The notes below the pieces were generated by a model. The model worked only from the letters and a program-made list of their open reading frames with translations, did not search any database and was not told the origin of the DNA. A stretch of 64,000 nt of DNA, taken from assembly GCA_964106645.2 (NCBI GenBank), contig OZ067045.1; one strand, written 5' to 3'. This stretch comes from Podarcis pityusensis (taxonomy: Eukaryota). The translations under genes and the position numbers were made by a program. This document shows positions 45,699 to 57,921 of the stretch, piece by piece. Numbering within the stretch: position 1 is the first letter of the stretch; each line of letters starts with the position of its first letter.

Positions 45699-47537
45699 AC
45701 ATGATTGTGAGAAGGTACTATGGGCTATTTACGGGCTCTGCATCCTTTATATCTCACAAAATGAGGCAGCTGAAGAATGGAAGAAGGAGAAGTTTAAAGC
45801 AGTCTTAATTTTTTCAGTGCTCCTCCCTTCTCACTGTATTCAAACAATGTCAGAGGTTTGAATAAGTAGGGACACTGAGGGGTTATTGTGTTGCTGTTAA
45901 AACCAGTTTTAACAAGGAAAATTAGCAGCAATGGATACAGAATAGAAGCTAACACCAAAAAACAAGCACAGAATTTCTTTCCCAACTCCCTTCTCACTGT
46001 GCTCAAACCTTGTTTTAAACTGCCACTCCCTCCGTCCAACCTCCTGCTCACTCTACTGAAACCTCTGTCATTGTTTAAAATCAGCACTTTCCCCTCTCAG
46101 TTTCTTTCCATCTCTGCTTTATTCAAACCTCTCCTGTTGTGTAAAACCCTATTTCCCTCTGTAGCTCTGTTTGCTTTTAAAGCCTTATAAAGCATGTTTC
46201 CCTTCAGCACGGCAGCTTGTAGCAAAATTGCTGCTTGGCTGAACTTGAATCGAATCGAGAACTGAATTAGTTTGTTTTGTAAATGGATGGGTGTGAACTG
46301 CAATTAGTTCTTTTTTGGACATGTTCTTTTTAAATGAACTTTCCAAGCTCACCATCTCTTAGCCTAACATCACAGGACATCCCCAAGCATATAGCAGTGA
46401 ATGCTTTGGGAAAAGGGGAACATACAGATGTAAAGAAGGAGGTGGTGGAAAGAAATGTAAAGTAGGAATGAAAATATGGTTGCTAAAGAATCATTAAAAA
46501 AAATGAAGTGTACAAAATACACATTAACTAAGACAAATTTATCAGAGAAATAGAACCAGGCTTGTTCACTAGCCAGATTTTCAACTCATCTGTTATACAC
46601 CAATCCACTGCTGGGATATTGAAGCAGCCATATTCCGGTATATGTTAAATTGTACACTGGATATGCAATAATTCCACTTTTTGAAAAAAAAGAAAAAAGA
46701 AGAAGTTGTGAATCTTGATTCATATGTGCAAGCAAAAGTCATACTATGTATTGATTTTATTTAGCTAAATAAATAAATGCCTTCCTTGATGTAATTCTAT
46801 TTACAATCTCTGTAGCTATAGGGAGAAAAAAATACTGGGGATTTGTGCATGTTTCCGTATTGACTTTCAACAAGCTATTTACAAAATCAAAATGCATTAA
46901 AGAGTATAACAATTTCTCAACACAACTGAAACAGGTTTACAAGTTTCCAAGGAAGCAAAGCCCCCTCCTGACTTTAAGTTAATATATATCATGTGCAATG
47001 TTTGTAGCTACCTTGTCTTTATAATGAGATTATAGCTCTTTTTAATGAGGGCACACTGTCACACAAGTAAGCAATACATAAAAGTACATTTCTGTAAGGA
47101 AAACTGGGGGGAGCGGAAAGAGAGTATCTAGATAAATAATAACCCTCAAAATTGCCTTAGTAACGCCACAGTTTATTGGGACTTTGCTGTTAGCTTTTTG
47201 GGCTGAGTGTGGGAGAAAATTGGTGGTGTGATCATACATTTCTTTACCTTAAGATGCCAATGCAGATACAAATGCAGTGTTCCTTCTCTATGCCTGTAGT
47301 TGCTTCCATGAAAGACTTTCTGTTTTGCACCAATGCAAATGAACACTTTACAACAGCATTTGGCTTTGCAAAACCCACACAGCCACCTTTTTTGCTTTCC
47401 CCTGCTGAGATGTGATTCATAATATTGATGCCATAAATCACTGTATCTCAGCAATGCCAAGCAGAGAGGGCATGTTACTAGGTGACTGAGATAAACAGCT
47501 GCATGTCAGGAAGGCATATCTGGGTGGGTGGGTGGGT

Positions 47538-47538
<1 letters not shown>

Positions 47539-47580
<42 letters not shown>
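47539..47580. repeat. (CA)n microsatellite (about 21 units)
   Basis: Directly visible; another (CA)n tract at about 33469-33499. Confidence 0.95.
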
Positions 47581-47584
<4 letters not shown>

Positions 47585-49487
47585 TTTAGGGCATGCTATG
47601 AATTAAGAAAATGATTTGCTTTTGCTAGAGATGAAATATCCTTGAGGGGTGTGTGTGTGCGCGTGCAGAAACACATGTTTTTTCTTTGCATTCAGTGGGA
47701 AGAAAGGTGTTAAAGGAGAAAGGATTTCACTCAAGACTTGATAGATTCTGGATTCATAGGTAGAACAAAAGATGCAGAGGAAGTGCAGAGGAAGAGACTC
47801 ATTCAAATTTAATACCTTTGGAATGAGCTCTTTGGTCAGAAAATAACACTTTATGATGTTTGAGAAATTTGATGTTTGCACATTCCGATATATTTCAGTG
47901 CCAAAATAATTTCCTGTGCCGCCCTCTCCTCCCCAACCCCCCACCATTCTCCATCAATTAATGAGCAAAGAAATTGCATTCATACATTATCAAGAAGAGG
48001 AAAAACAAGAAGATGAAATGCTAGAGATGGATATCCTTGGTCTCATTCCCTTCTGGACAACCTTCCGGGGCCACTTGTCCTAGTGAGATTGTCCAGAGGC
48101 AAGAGTGGGCAGAGCAATGAGCATCAATTTTACCAACGTACAGTAGGCTAATTTTGCACACACTCACATACCCTTCACTATCCTCCAGCCATGCGAGCAA
48201 AAGGGATTATCAGAGTTCAAGGACACATTTCAGTCAGGCAACACCATTCAAGAAGGAGGTGAATCAGGGCCAGGGGAGGGATGGATCAGGGGAGAGGGGG
48301 CGTTGTTGGGCGTGGCATGAGGAGTGTCCCAAGGGTCAGACAAAGAGGACTGGATGACCATATTTGGCCACTGGACCTGAGGTTCCTCATTCCTGCCCTA
48401 CCCTAACCTTCCCTGAATCTCCTTTTGGTATGATACCTACAGTCTGTTTGACCGCCCCCTAGCAACTTTCCTTATGATTTCCTCAACCTAGTTCTTCAGC
48501 TCTTTTAGCCAGTTATAGCATCCTCATTCTGCCTCACTTCTTGACATCTGTTAGAAAATAACCCAGTCATTGTAAAATAACAACATTGAAATAGGATTGT
48601 ATAGCAATTAAATTAGCCAAACAGGATCCCCAAAATGGACTTTGGAATACTTGCTAATGAGCAGCATGATTCTGCACATGTCCTAGAACAAAGTATATTT
48701 CTTTGGTTTTGCTCTGAACAGTGAATGTAGTTCTGTTGCATGAGAATCAGTGAAAGCAGCGAATTGTCCTCCCATCAGGGAGTTAACACTAAATATCCTC
48801 TCCATAGTAGCTGCTGTACAGGGAATTTCACCATAAGAGACAACTTGCATAATGAGTCGCTGGATAATGTCAGTGCAAAGGACTGATTAAGTCCCTGAAA
48901 CCCTCCCAATATGTAATGCAAGCAGACTCCCTGATTTAGTTATTAATCAATTTTACAAAAGTAACAAATAAGATACCTTCCACAAGTAACTGAATTAACT
49001 TAATTACCTGAATTCTCATTGGTCAGAAACACCTCATAGTCCCCTGCCATGCAGGAAACTTGCATTTATTTTATTTTTATTTATCATTGCATTTCTATCT
49101 TGCCTTTCCTCTAATGAGATTAAAGTGGTGCACATGGATCTTCCCTTATCCATGTGAGTAGGTTAGGCTGAGAGTTAATGATTAGCCCAAGTTCACCAAA
49201 TGAGCTTCTAGGTTGAGTAAGGATTTGAACCCTAGTTCCCCAGGTATAAATCTGGTCATTTCACCACACTTGATTCCTCTAGCATTTTGCTTGATCAATA
49301 CATTTGTTTTTAAAAAGTCACTTTAGGCAAAACCTGGACAGTTGCCTGGTAGTAAGCCCCATTCTGCCCAGTGGAACTTATTTCTAAATAAACATTCAAA
49401 GTGCTGTGTTACACATTAGTAACCTAGGAATGCATGGTGTGACCTGAAAAAAGTCTTATGCAGATTAGTTATTTGCTTCCTATAGAA

Positions 49488-49726
49488 CAGGGGTTAGCAA
49501 ACTTTTTCAGCAGGGGGCCAGTCCATTGTCCCTCAGACCTTGTGGGAGGCCAGACTATATTTTGAAGGGGGAAAAAATGAACAAATTCCTATGCCCCACA
49601 AATAACCCAGAGATGTATTTTAAATAAAAGGACACATTCTACTCATGTAAAAACACACTGATTCCCGGACCGTCCGTGGCCGGATTTAGAAGGCGATTGG
49701 GCTGGGCCTTAGTTTGCCTACGCATG
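49488..49726 (+). mobile_element. hAT (Charlie-like) non-autonomous element, 239 bp
   Basis: Imperfect TIRs CAGGGGTTAGCAAACT / AGTTTGCCTACGCATG; 8-bp TSD ctatagaa / ctttagaa. Confidence 0.85.
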
Positions 49727-51816
49727 CTTTAGAATTTGTTGCCTATTTCATCCAAAAACCTCCAAATTTGCTTCCAATTTTACTTTGGGTGAATTCTGTG
49801 GCAACCTAAAGCAGACAGTGCTTTTTTCTGGGGGTATTTGAGGGTAAGCAGTACCAGCACTTTCCTCCCTCCAAATGTTAAAAGTGTGGCACTTACTGTA
49901 ACAACTTGAGTAGTGAGTTGGGTAGTGGCACCATTTTCTCCCTTAAGGGGAAATAAAGCACTGAGAGCAGCCATTCCCAATAATGGGTCCCCATATGTTG
50001 TTGTACGACAATTCCCAACCTCCTTCTTCCCTGACAATTGACAGTGTTGGTTGGGGCTGATGGAACTTGTAGGGCAATAACATCTGGGGACCCAAGTTTG
50101 GGGAAGCCTATCCCTTTCTACTTGATTTATCTATTTAACTTAAGAGGCCAGTCAGTGCTTTTTTCTGTTGGTGTTCCTCTTATTAAAAAGGGGCGTGGGT
50201 TTATGAAAGTCAGAATAGCTGAATCAGTGTGCATATCACCTGTAATCCACATGGGCACTTGACTTCACAAATTATAAGACAGGTCAAGGATTTAAATTTT
50301 TAGTATCTAAGATTTTCTTTTAAAAAACAAAACAAAAAAACTGCATGTCAAATAGTGCCATAGAATAGCTTACCTACTGACAAATTCTGCAGAACTTAAG
50401 AAGTTTGCATCAGTCAGAGACATATATTGATCCAATGAGAACTATTTTCTATCACTAGTCAAGATTTTCTGCCCCTTCATTTGACATAATCACTTTCTTA
50501 TTATCTGATCACCAACAGCATTGCATAATCCTATTGCACAGATGGCAGCTTCAAAGAATTTTGGTGAAGGAACTGTACTCATGAGGCAGAGAGAAGCTTA
50601 GCATTTTCCAACTGCAATTAAAAATTAGGAAATGCCTAAGGCTGATGGATTTTCTCTCATATTTCTAATCACTTGAATGTTTATTTTTCAAATAAAAAAC
50701 ACCCCAGGCACCTTAAAGACTAACACACTCATGGGCCAGATCCTACTTCATCAGGTGCATGAAATGTGCAGCTAACTAGGTTGATATATATGCATGGCAG
50801 TAGGGGGAGGGAGCGCAAGAGAGAGAGGAGGACAGTCATAAATTGAACTGATGAGATCAAGCAATGCAAGACATAATGCAAGATGCATCATATTCCTATG
50901 AAGAGCACAAATGAATACACAAACCAATTAAATGAGTACAAAATCCCACCAGAAGAGGTATGACTCACTACTCCCAGCTAGAGGCCCCTGGTGGTGAATT
51001 GGTATAGTGAGAATCATATGTACAAATACCTAGGGATGTATCCAGTGGTGACTTTGCATTACTGGAAAGGGTTTCCACTTACAGAAATATTGGCACCTGG
51101 TTTTCATCAATCTCCCATCTACCTAACCTGGCTCCTCTATCCCTTTGGTTGGTTGTGGTGATTGAAGGCAGACAAACAGACAGAAAGGCTGTTCTCCCAA
51201 ATGTGGAGCCGACACTGATTCCATTGTACTTTCTTTCCTTTCCTTCTTTGTCTGATGTTATGACTCTCAGGTTAGCTTACAATTAAAAATTAAAAAAATA
51301 AAATAAAATAAATAGAAGCCATCATGTCAAAGCCATATTAAAACTGCTGTTCAGTTTAACAAAACAGGGCAGAAGCAGCCAAGTTCAGAAATCAAGGGAG
51401 GGAGGAATGAAAACTGCTACTAATACTAATACACATTTCAAGGTATTTTTTAAAAGGCTTATCCTGGAGCAGTAAAGTCATATGACTAGTTGTCATGCAG
51501 GCCCTCCTTGGGGAGGCTGTTCCATAGACGACACACCATTAAGAATTCCCTTTCTCTGGTCACTATATTCTTAACCAGCTGGGTGGCATCACACCCAGAG
51601 AAAGAGCTCAAAAACTGACCTCCAAGTATGGCAGAGATGGGGAATGTTTTGAGCCCAAGGACCACCTTCCAGGGGCTACATTCCATTAGGGGGTGGGGCC
51701 CAAGGCAAAAGAGGGTATTACTGGGGTAAAAATGGATTGTGCAACAGGCATGTCTCTTATCTTTGTACACTAGGCTTCATTTCAGCTAAAGACAAGAGGC
51801 GTTAATGCAGCAGTAC

Positions 51817-52070
51817 CTTATAGAGCTTGAAGATACATCAGGATCATGGGCAGTCACCTGGCCAATCACAGAGTTAATAGCAGCATTCTCATGTACTTCT
51901 AGTAGGTAACTTGGTGATGAAAAAATTGGAGGTTCATCAGCATCCTCTATGACAATTTTCACTGTTGCAGTATCCTTGAAGGGTCCCACACTGATGAAAC
52001 GTGGATCAATATGCACATTACTTGCTTCTACCTTCAGAGTATAGGATCTTTTCGTCTCAAAGTCCAGGGG
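51817..52070 (-). CDS. CDH8: Cadherin-8 internal coding exon (254 bp, human exon 7 equivalent; EC3/EC4)
   Basis: Encodes [84 protein letters not shown](R). Acceptor cag| and donor AG|gtactg; phase 0 in, phase 2 out. LDFE, DADEPP and DPD calcium motifs present. Confidence 0.96.
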
Positions 52071-53519
52071 CTGTTAAGAATGACAAAGACAAATGCCTTT
52101 CACTAATGACCACAGCAGCAAGAACTAGCAAAAGGATGGAAGTGTTATGCATTTAAAACCTAATCACTGAGTTATAATGCAATCTCTTTCCGCTTCCTTT
52201 GAACTGGGCTATAAATGTCCTGGGCATGTATTGATGTCTCTGTATCCCCCCCCCCCATTTGTGGTTCCTTTTCTGCTTTATAAAAATATAAAACTAAGCA
52301 CACACAAATAAACACATACATACACTATCTTGCCATGAGTGCAGTCACTATTCTGCTTAGCCAAAAATAATAATGTTACTGCCAATGGCCTGGATTGCCA
52401 TTAATCACACACCTAATCAGTATTCTGCTTGTTGGAGATAAGGAGCAAAGAAAAAAGTATGCAAGCTTATATATTTTGATATTTGCAAGGGGGGGAGCCA
52501 TGCAGAATTGGAGGGTGTGGAGAGACAGTGCTGAGAACAATTTAGGTATAATCGTAAGAGAAAATAGCAATATTGCCATATAGATTAATCCAAGGATAGC
52601 CAGTGTGGTCTCCTCTAGATATCAGACTACATCTCCCATCATTCCTGGCTAATAGTTCTGCTGACTGGGTTGGATGGGAGTTGTAGTCCAAGAACACTGG
52701 TGGAGGGGACAATGTTGGCTAACCCTGGGTTAAGCTGAATTTATGAGAAAATTTGCACCTGGTAACCATCAAGAAAGTTTTTCAGCTAGCTGTCATGTTT
52801 ATTCCCTACTATAGAGAGAGACGCACATGAAGTATGTGAGCATTTGCAAGCCTAGAATTCAACCAGCTTTTCCTTAAATTTTGGCTGATTTGTTCATGTA
52901 AAACCTTTGTTCCCTACAATCTGTATTTGATTTTGCTTCTGGCTTAATTCCACACAAGCAATGTTTACATAGGGCAAAAATGGGAAGCTCAGTGTCTCCT
53001 GCTGAGTTACAGTCATTCAGTTTAGATGCACAGGGACACAGGACGTTTATATGAGTCAAACCATTGGACAATCTAGCACAGCAACATCTACATTGACTGG
53101 CAATGGCTCTCCAATATTTCAGATGGGGTTTTTTCGCAACTATACCAAGAGACGTTGGTGACTGATTCTGGGTCTTTCTGCATGCAAAATATGTGCTCAA
53201 CCACTGAACTATGGCCTTTACCAAAAGCATTCAAAAGGACACAAACACAATTTGATTTGATATATTGATAGGCCACTTCTCATAGTAATATACTCTCTTG
53301 AGTATTCCATGACAAAATAAGTGAATACAATAGCATCATGATTCCAAATACTAAAAAAAAACCACACATCAAGAATAAAAGAAACATCCATCCCAGACAT
53401 TTAAAATGAAGACCTAAAGTGTTGTGGTTAGATAAAGCTCAATTGGAAACAAGATGTATTGTTCAATCTAACTAAGGATTAGAAATTTTTTCAGCTCAGG
53501 GACCTCATTCACTTCTAGG

Positions 53520-53840
53520 CAGGGGCACCAAGTAGGGGAGGGGACAACCTCCCCTATTTTAAATGAAGGGGCTGAGCTCCTCAAAGTTCCATGGCAGCCA
53601 TGCGCAAAAGCCGCAGGGTATGCTCTGTGTCATGCACGCACACTACAGAGTGTCTGCACGCCCTGTGGCATGTGTACATGATGTCAGCACACCCCACGGC
53701 ATGACTGTGGCATGTGTGCATGTCCTACAGTGTGCTGGCATCGCTAGTACACACCGTGGGTGGTGCTGATGTTGCACACACACACACACACACACAGTGT
53801 GCTGATGTTACAGGGGCAAGGCGGCACGGCAGCACACATG
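53520..53840. mobile_element. 321-bp hAT-type insertion nested in an older repeat
   Basis: Exact 8-bp TSD cttctagg (53512-53519 / 53841-53848); CA..TG termini; decayed TIRs. Confidence 0.7.
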
Positions 53841-54890
53841 CTTCTAGGCAACCTCTGGAGCCCACATGCCAGTAATGAGTGGGGCTAGAGGCAAAGGTGT
53901 GCTGTGCAATGAATGTTACTTCTCACATATCCCTCTTTAACCTTGAGGTTTAAGCAAGAGTCAGTATCAAAGTTCAGGGTCACATTTCACCCAAGCAAAT
54001 TACACTCAAGGAGGGTACAGAGCAGGACTGGTGAGGGATATGGCCTGGGCAAAAGGGGTGTATACCTGGGAATAGTCAAGGGCCAAATAGAGAAGATTTT
54101 GTGAGAAACCTCTCTATTTGTGAGATGGGACCTTGGTTTTTTTCTGTCTCTTTTCTATATTTTAATGTTTGTTTAGATTAGTTTGTTTTTTATTTCAATG
54201 CAGTATGACTCAATAAAAATTAAAAAAGTAAAACTGGCAGGAAAGTCCTCCCCCCCCAAACCCCCCCAAACCATATAAAAATGAGGGTTTTTTATTTTTT
54301 AAAAAAGATCTTAAATCACCAACTTTATGATCACCCAGGAATCATATCTGTAAAAGTTCAAGAGCATCTACACGTGTGGGTTCAAAGTCTAACCTACTGA
54401 TGCTTCACAATGATTAAAATTTCAAAGTTGCAAATTTGTCAGGCTTTGGAAAGATATGTAAATTTGCATTACAATGTCCCATAGAAAGGAACAAAGAGAT
54501 GGAGAGAAAATGACACAGAAGCTGAAATCTGCAATGCAAATACAAAGAGCACAAATAGAAATCACCGAACTCTTTCAGGAAGTCTCTGGAAGCTTAAATA
54601 TATATTCTTACTTTCAAAAATTGTGTTGATTTTTTTCAGACACGAATCTCACTCTAATGGAACTTTGCCATTTTTAGTAAACATGACAAGCACTCGCTTC
54701 TCTGTCGACTCAGAAATTACTAAGCTTTTGTACCTATGAATAGGTGGCTGTAAATCAGCATATTCACAATTTGCCAATCACACATCCTGTATCATTTTAG
54801 CCATTTCAAATTCAGCTGGCAAAATGATACTAGCCCAGAGCATTTGTCAACCTAGTTCTCTGAACAACAAATTCAAAATCCGTTCTGCTT

Positions 54891-54926
<36 letters not shown>

Positions 54927-55267
54927 TCTGTGTGTGTGCTATTTTTATTTTGAAATTAAAATCAAATGACAAATATGTAAATGCTATGGCATGAGGTAGT
55001 TGGTGACTATGGCACTGTGGCACTTCAGACCTCTCTATGTGGCTATGAGGACTCTCTAAGACCATACCCATTTCTCTACGCCACATCCCTTACTGGTTCC
55101 ACTCTGCCCCTTTCATGAGTGCTTTTGCCTGGTTAAAATAGGAGCTTGTGCTATGATTACCTTTGGGGAGGATACAGATATACAGTATGTCTGCATGTGT
55201 GTGTGTGTGTGCATGTGTACATACAGAAACTTCTGACTTAGGCAAAGGTAGAATGTAGGCAATTGTA

Positions 55268-55651
55268 AGGTAAAGATAAGGTAAAGGACCGCTGGATGGT
55301 TAAATCCAGTCAAAGGTGGCTATGGGGTGTGGCGCTCATCTCGCTTCAGTCTGAGGCAGCCAGCGTTTGTTCACAGACAACTTTTGGCGTCATGTGGCCA
55401 GCATGACTAAACCGCTTCTGGTGCAATGGAACACCATGACGGAATCCAGAGTGTACGGAAACACTGTTTACTTTCCTGCCACAGCAGTGCCTACTTATTT
55501 ACTCTCACTAGTGTGATTTTGAACTGCTAGGTTGGCAGAAGCTGGGACAGAGCAACAGGAGCTCACCCCGTCATGTGGATTCGAACCGCCGACCTTCCAA
55601 TCAGCAAGCTCAAGGGCTCAGTGGTTTAGACCACAGCGCCACCCACTCCCT
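55268..55651 (-). mobile_element. Sauria SINE, full length, more diverged copy
   Basis: Reverse-complement similarity to 32452-32797; 12-bp TSD taggcaattgta (55256-55267 / 55652-55663). Confidence 0.9.
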
Positions 55652-56331
55652 TAGGCAATTGTACAGCAGTAAGGGTCACATCTGTTTCTCTGCCCCCTTT
55701 AGCCTCTGACCTCACTCACTACTGGAATGCAGCCCTTGAATGGTTGTCCATGAAGAAATGCTGCTCTTAGATTGAAAATGGTCCCACACCCCCAGTATCA
55801 ACCCAGATAGTGTTTATAAGAGAAGCATGTTTCGGCCCAAGGGAGCCTGAAGCATCTCTGAGGCCTTCAATGGAGTATGGTGGAGCAAAAAATGACTTCT
55901 GAAAAATCTCCACATTATTTAGCCACTAAGCTACACCTGTGCTCCAGCTAAGGTGAATAAGGATGAGAACGTGAAGGAATACAGATCAGAGGTTGTGCAG
56001 TGTTAACAGTTAAAAGAAATGAAAACTATTCTCTTTCTTGCAGATATCTGAAAGACCATGTGGGATAGCATAAACATTAGGAAGAACCTTCTGATAGTAA
56101 GGGTATGAAATCCAAGAGAGCCCCTGCCAGTCAGTGTATTGAGCTAGATGAACCAATGGACTGACTCGGTATAAGTCAACTTCTTATGCTCCTATATATG
56201 AGTTACTGGGAAACAGGACATGGGATACTTCCATCCTAACCAATGCCTTCCATACTTTCACAGCACAATATGTTAGAACTCATTTGTTCAATGCCAAAAT
56301 CCACAAACTCAGTCTTTCAGTTGCCATTTAC

Positions 56332-56519
56332 CTTTCTCAATCTAATAATGCCTTCTTGAGTCTGGGAGTCCGAAGTGATTTCAAATATATCCACTCCATC
56401 TCCTTCGATAACGTCATAGGATGACTTAGCATTCTCACCAATATCCAGGTCATTTGCTTTCACCCTTCCTATTGGTTCACCAATACTAATGTCTTCCAAT
56501 ACTGAGAAATGATACAAAC
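56332..56519 (-). CDS. CDH8: Cadherin-8 internal coding exon (188 bp, equivalent to human exon 6; EC3 N-half)
   Basis: Encodes LYHFSVLEDISIGEPIGRVKANDLDIGENAKSSYDVIEGDGVDIFEITSDSQTQEGIIRLRK. Polypyrimidine tract and AG acceptor at 56520-56521; donor AAG|gtaaat at 56330-56331. 188 bp matches the type II cadherin exon size. Confidence 0.95.
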
Positions 56520-57783
56520 CTGGGAGAAAGAGAGAAGAAGAGAGGTGAATAAAAAAACAAACAAACAATTGGACATTAAATTGGGCAACCGTCTCTTTTC
56601 CTCCTGTTCTGGGAGAGAAGCCCATCTGAAATCCTGGAGAGCAAATGCCAGTCAGTGTAGACAGTAAGTATCTCAGTAGATCAATGACCTGACTCAATAA
56701 AAGGCATATTTCTATGTTCCTATGCATTTGACACGTATATTTATGGGATTGCTGTCCATTCCTGTAACACCCTCTTACAAAATTTTACTGGGTTTGGTAC
56801 ATTTCTATGGTTTATCTATGTCAGGAATATCAGGGCTTAATCCAAAGGTTGTCATCTAGCCTATTTACTGTGGACAATAGGTGGCCAAGCCTTAGAGTCT
56901 TCTTCAGTGACAAGGGAGGGTAGATAAAGGTGTGAGATGTCAGTCTCTATGCTTTGTAGACAATATGATGCCTCTGGATTGGCGAGGTCTGGTAGAAGCA
57001 GGTCTTCTGTCTTTGCCTGATTGGAAAAGCAGAGCTTCTTATGGCCCTAGAGTCGGGCTCTGGAGCTTCCTCCCAATGCTAATAGCTGTTTCTGAGAAGG
57101 GTTTTTAATCAGGTCCACAGCAGCGCAGGAACCGATTAAGTTCTCCCTCCCTCCCTGCAGTGATCCTATAATTAGAAAATCTGACATACCTAACTCTATT
57201 TGCATTTTTAAACACCTGCACCCTACACGTTAATTGCATTTAACTTCATATATTCTTAAAAGAGGGGAAGTTATATATTGAAAAGCAAAAAATGACAAAG
57301 CGAACACTTCACCCCTTTTTACCCACCCTAAAACACAGTTCATATCTAAATAATTAGTTTGTATAAACACTGAAGTGGAGAAAGCCCAAAAGTTTCTGAT
57401 ATCAATGCAAAGGAAGATGGTAAAATAATAATGTTATGCCATTTATCCAGTGCATGAACCAAGACTCTACCGGACAAACTGCACCTGCCATTGGGTAATG
57501 TCATTTCATATCTACTTTGGCCCTAAGAAAGTGTTCTTCAAGCTTGGGTCCACAGATGTGGAATGCACATCATCCAGCCCAATGGTCAAGGATGATGGGA
57601 GAAGAAGTCCTCTCACATCTGAAGACCCAAGGCTGAAGAGCAGTGCCCTAAAAGGTATTGTAATAAAAGATCACTAAGTGCATACAACAAATTCAATAAT
57701 CAATAGAATAACTAAAGTGGCTAGCAAACAGAGAAACTATGTATAGTTGAATAATAATAAGAAGAAGAATATGGTCTTTAGAG

Positions 57784-57921
57784 CAGGTATGGGGAACCTT
57801 TGGCCCTCCAGATGTTACCGAACTACAACTGTCATAAGCCGCAGCAAGCATGGTCAATGGCCCAGGATTATTGGAGTTGTAGTTTAGCAATATCTGGAGG
57901 GCCAAAGATATCCCACACCTG
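57784..57921. mobile_element. Palindromic hAT MITE
   Basis: CAGGTATGGGGAACCTTTGGCCCTCCAGAT...ATCTGGAGGGCCAAAG..CCCACACCTG. Confidence 0.8.

Noticed and set aside
54105-54235. Possible L1 3'-end remnant (T-rich tract, AATAAA, A-run)
   Set aside because: Too short and low in complexity, and no TSD identified.
1188-56519. Assignment to CDH11, CDH24 or another type II cadherin
   Set aside because: Peptides such as [28 protein letters not shown] and DKDDPKNGHYF match my recollection of CDH8 specifically; reciprocal BLAST would confirm.
56317-56727. ORF-track ORFs 56317-56727, 51786-52016, 43185-43406 and 9735-9998 as stand-alone genes
   Set aside because: Only the GT/AG-bounded cores are cadherin-like; the flanks are intron (the exon-9 read-through is treated separately as a finding).
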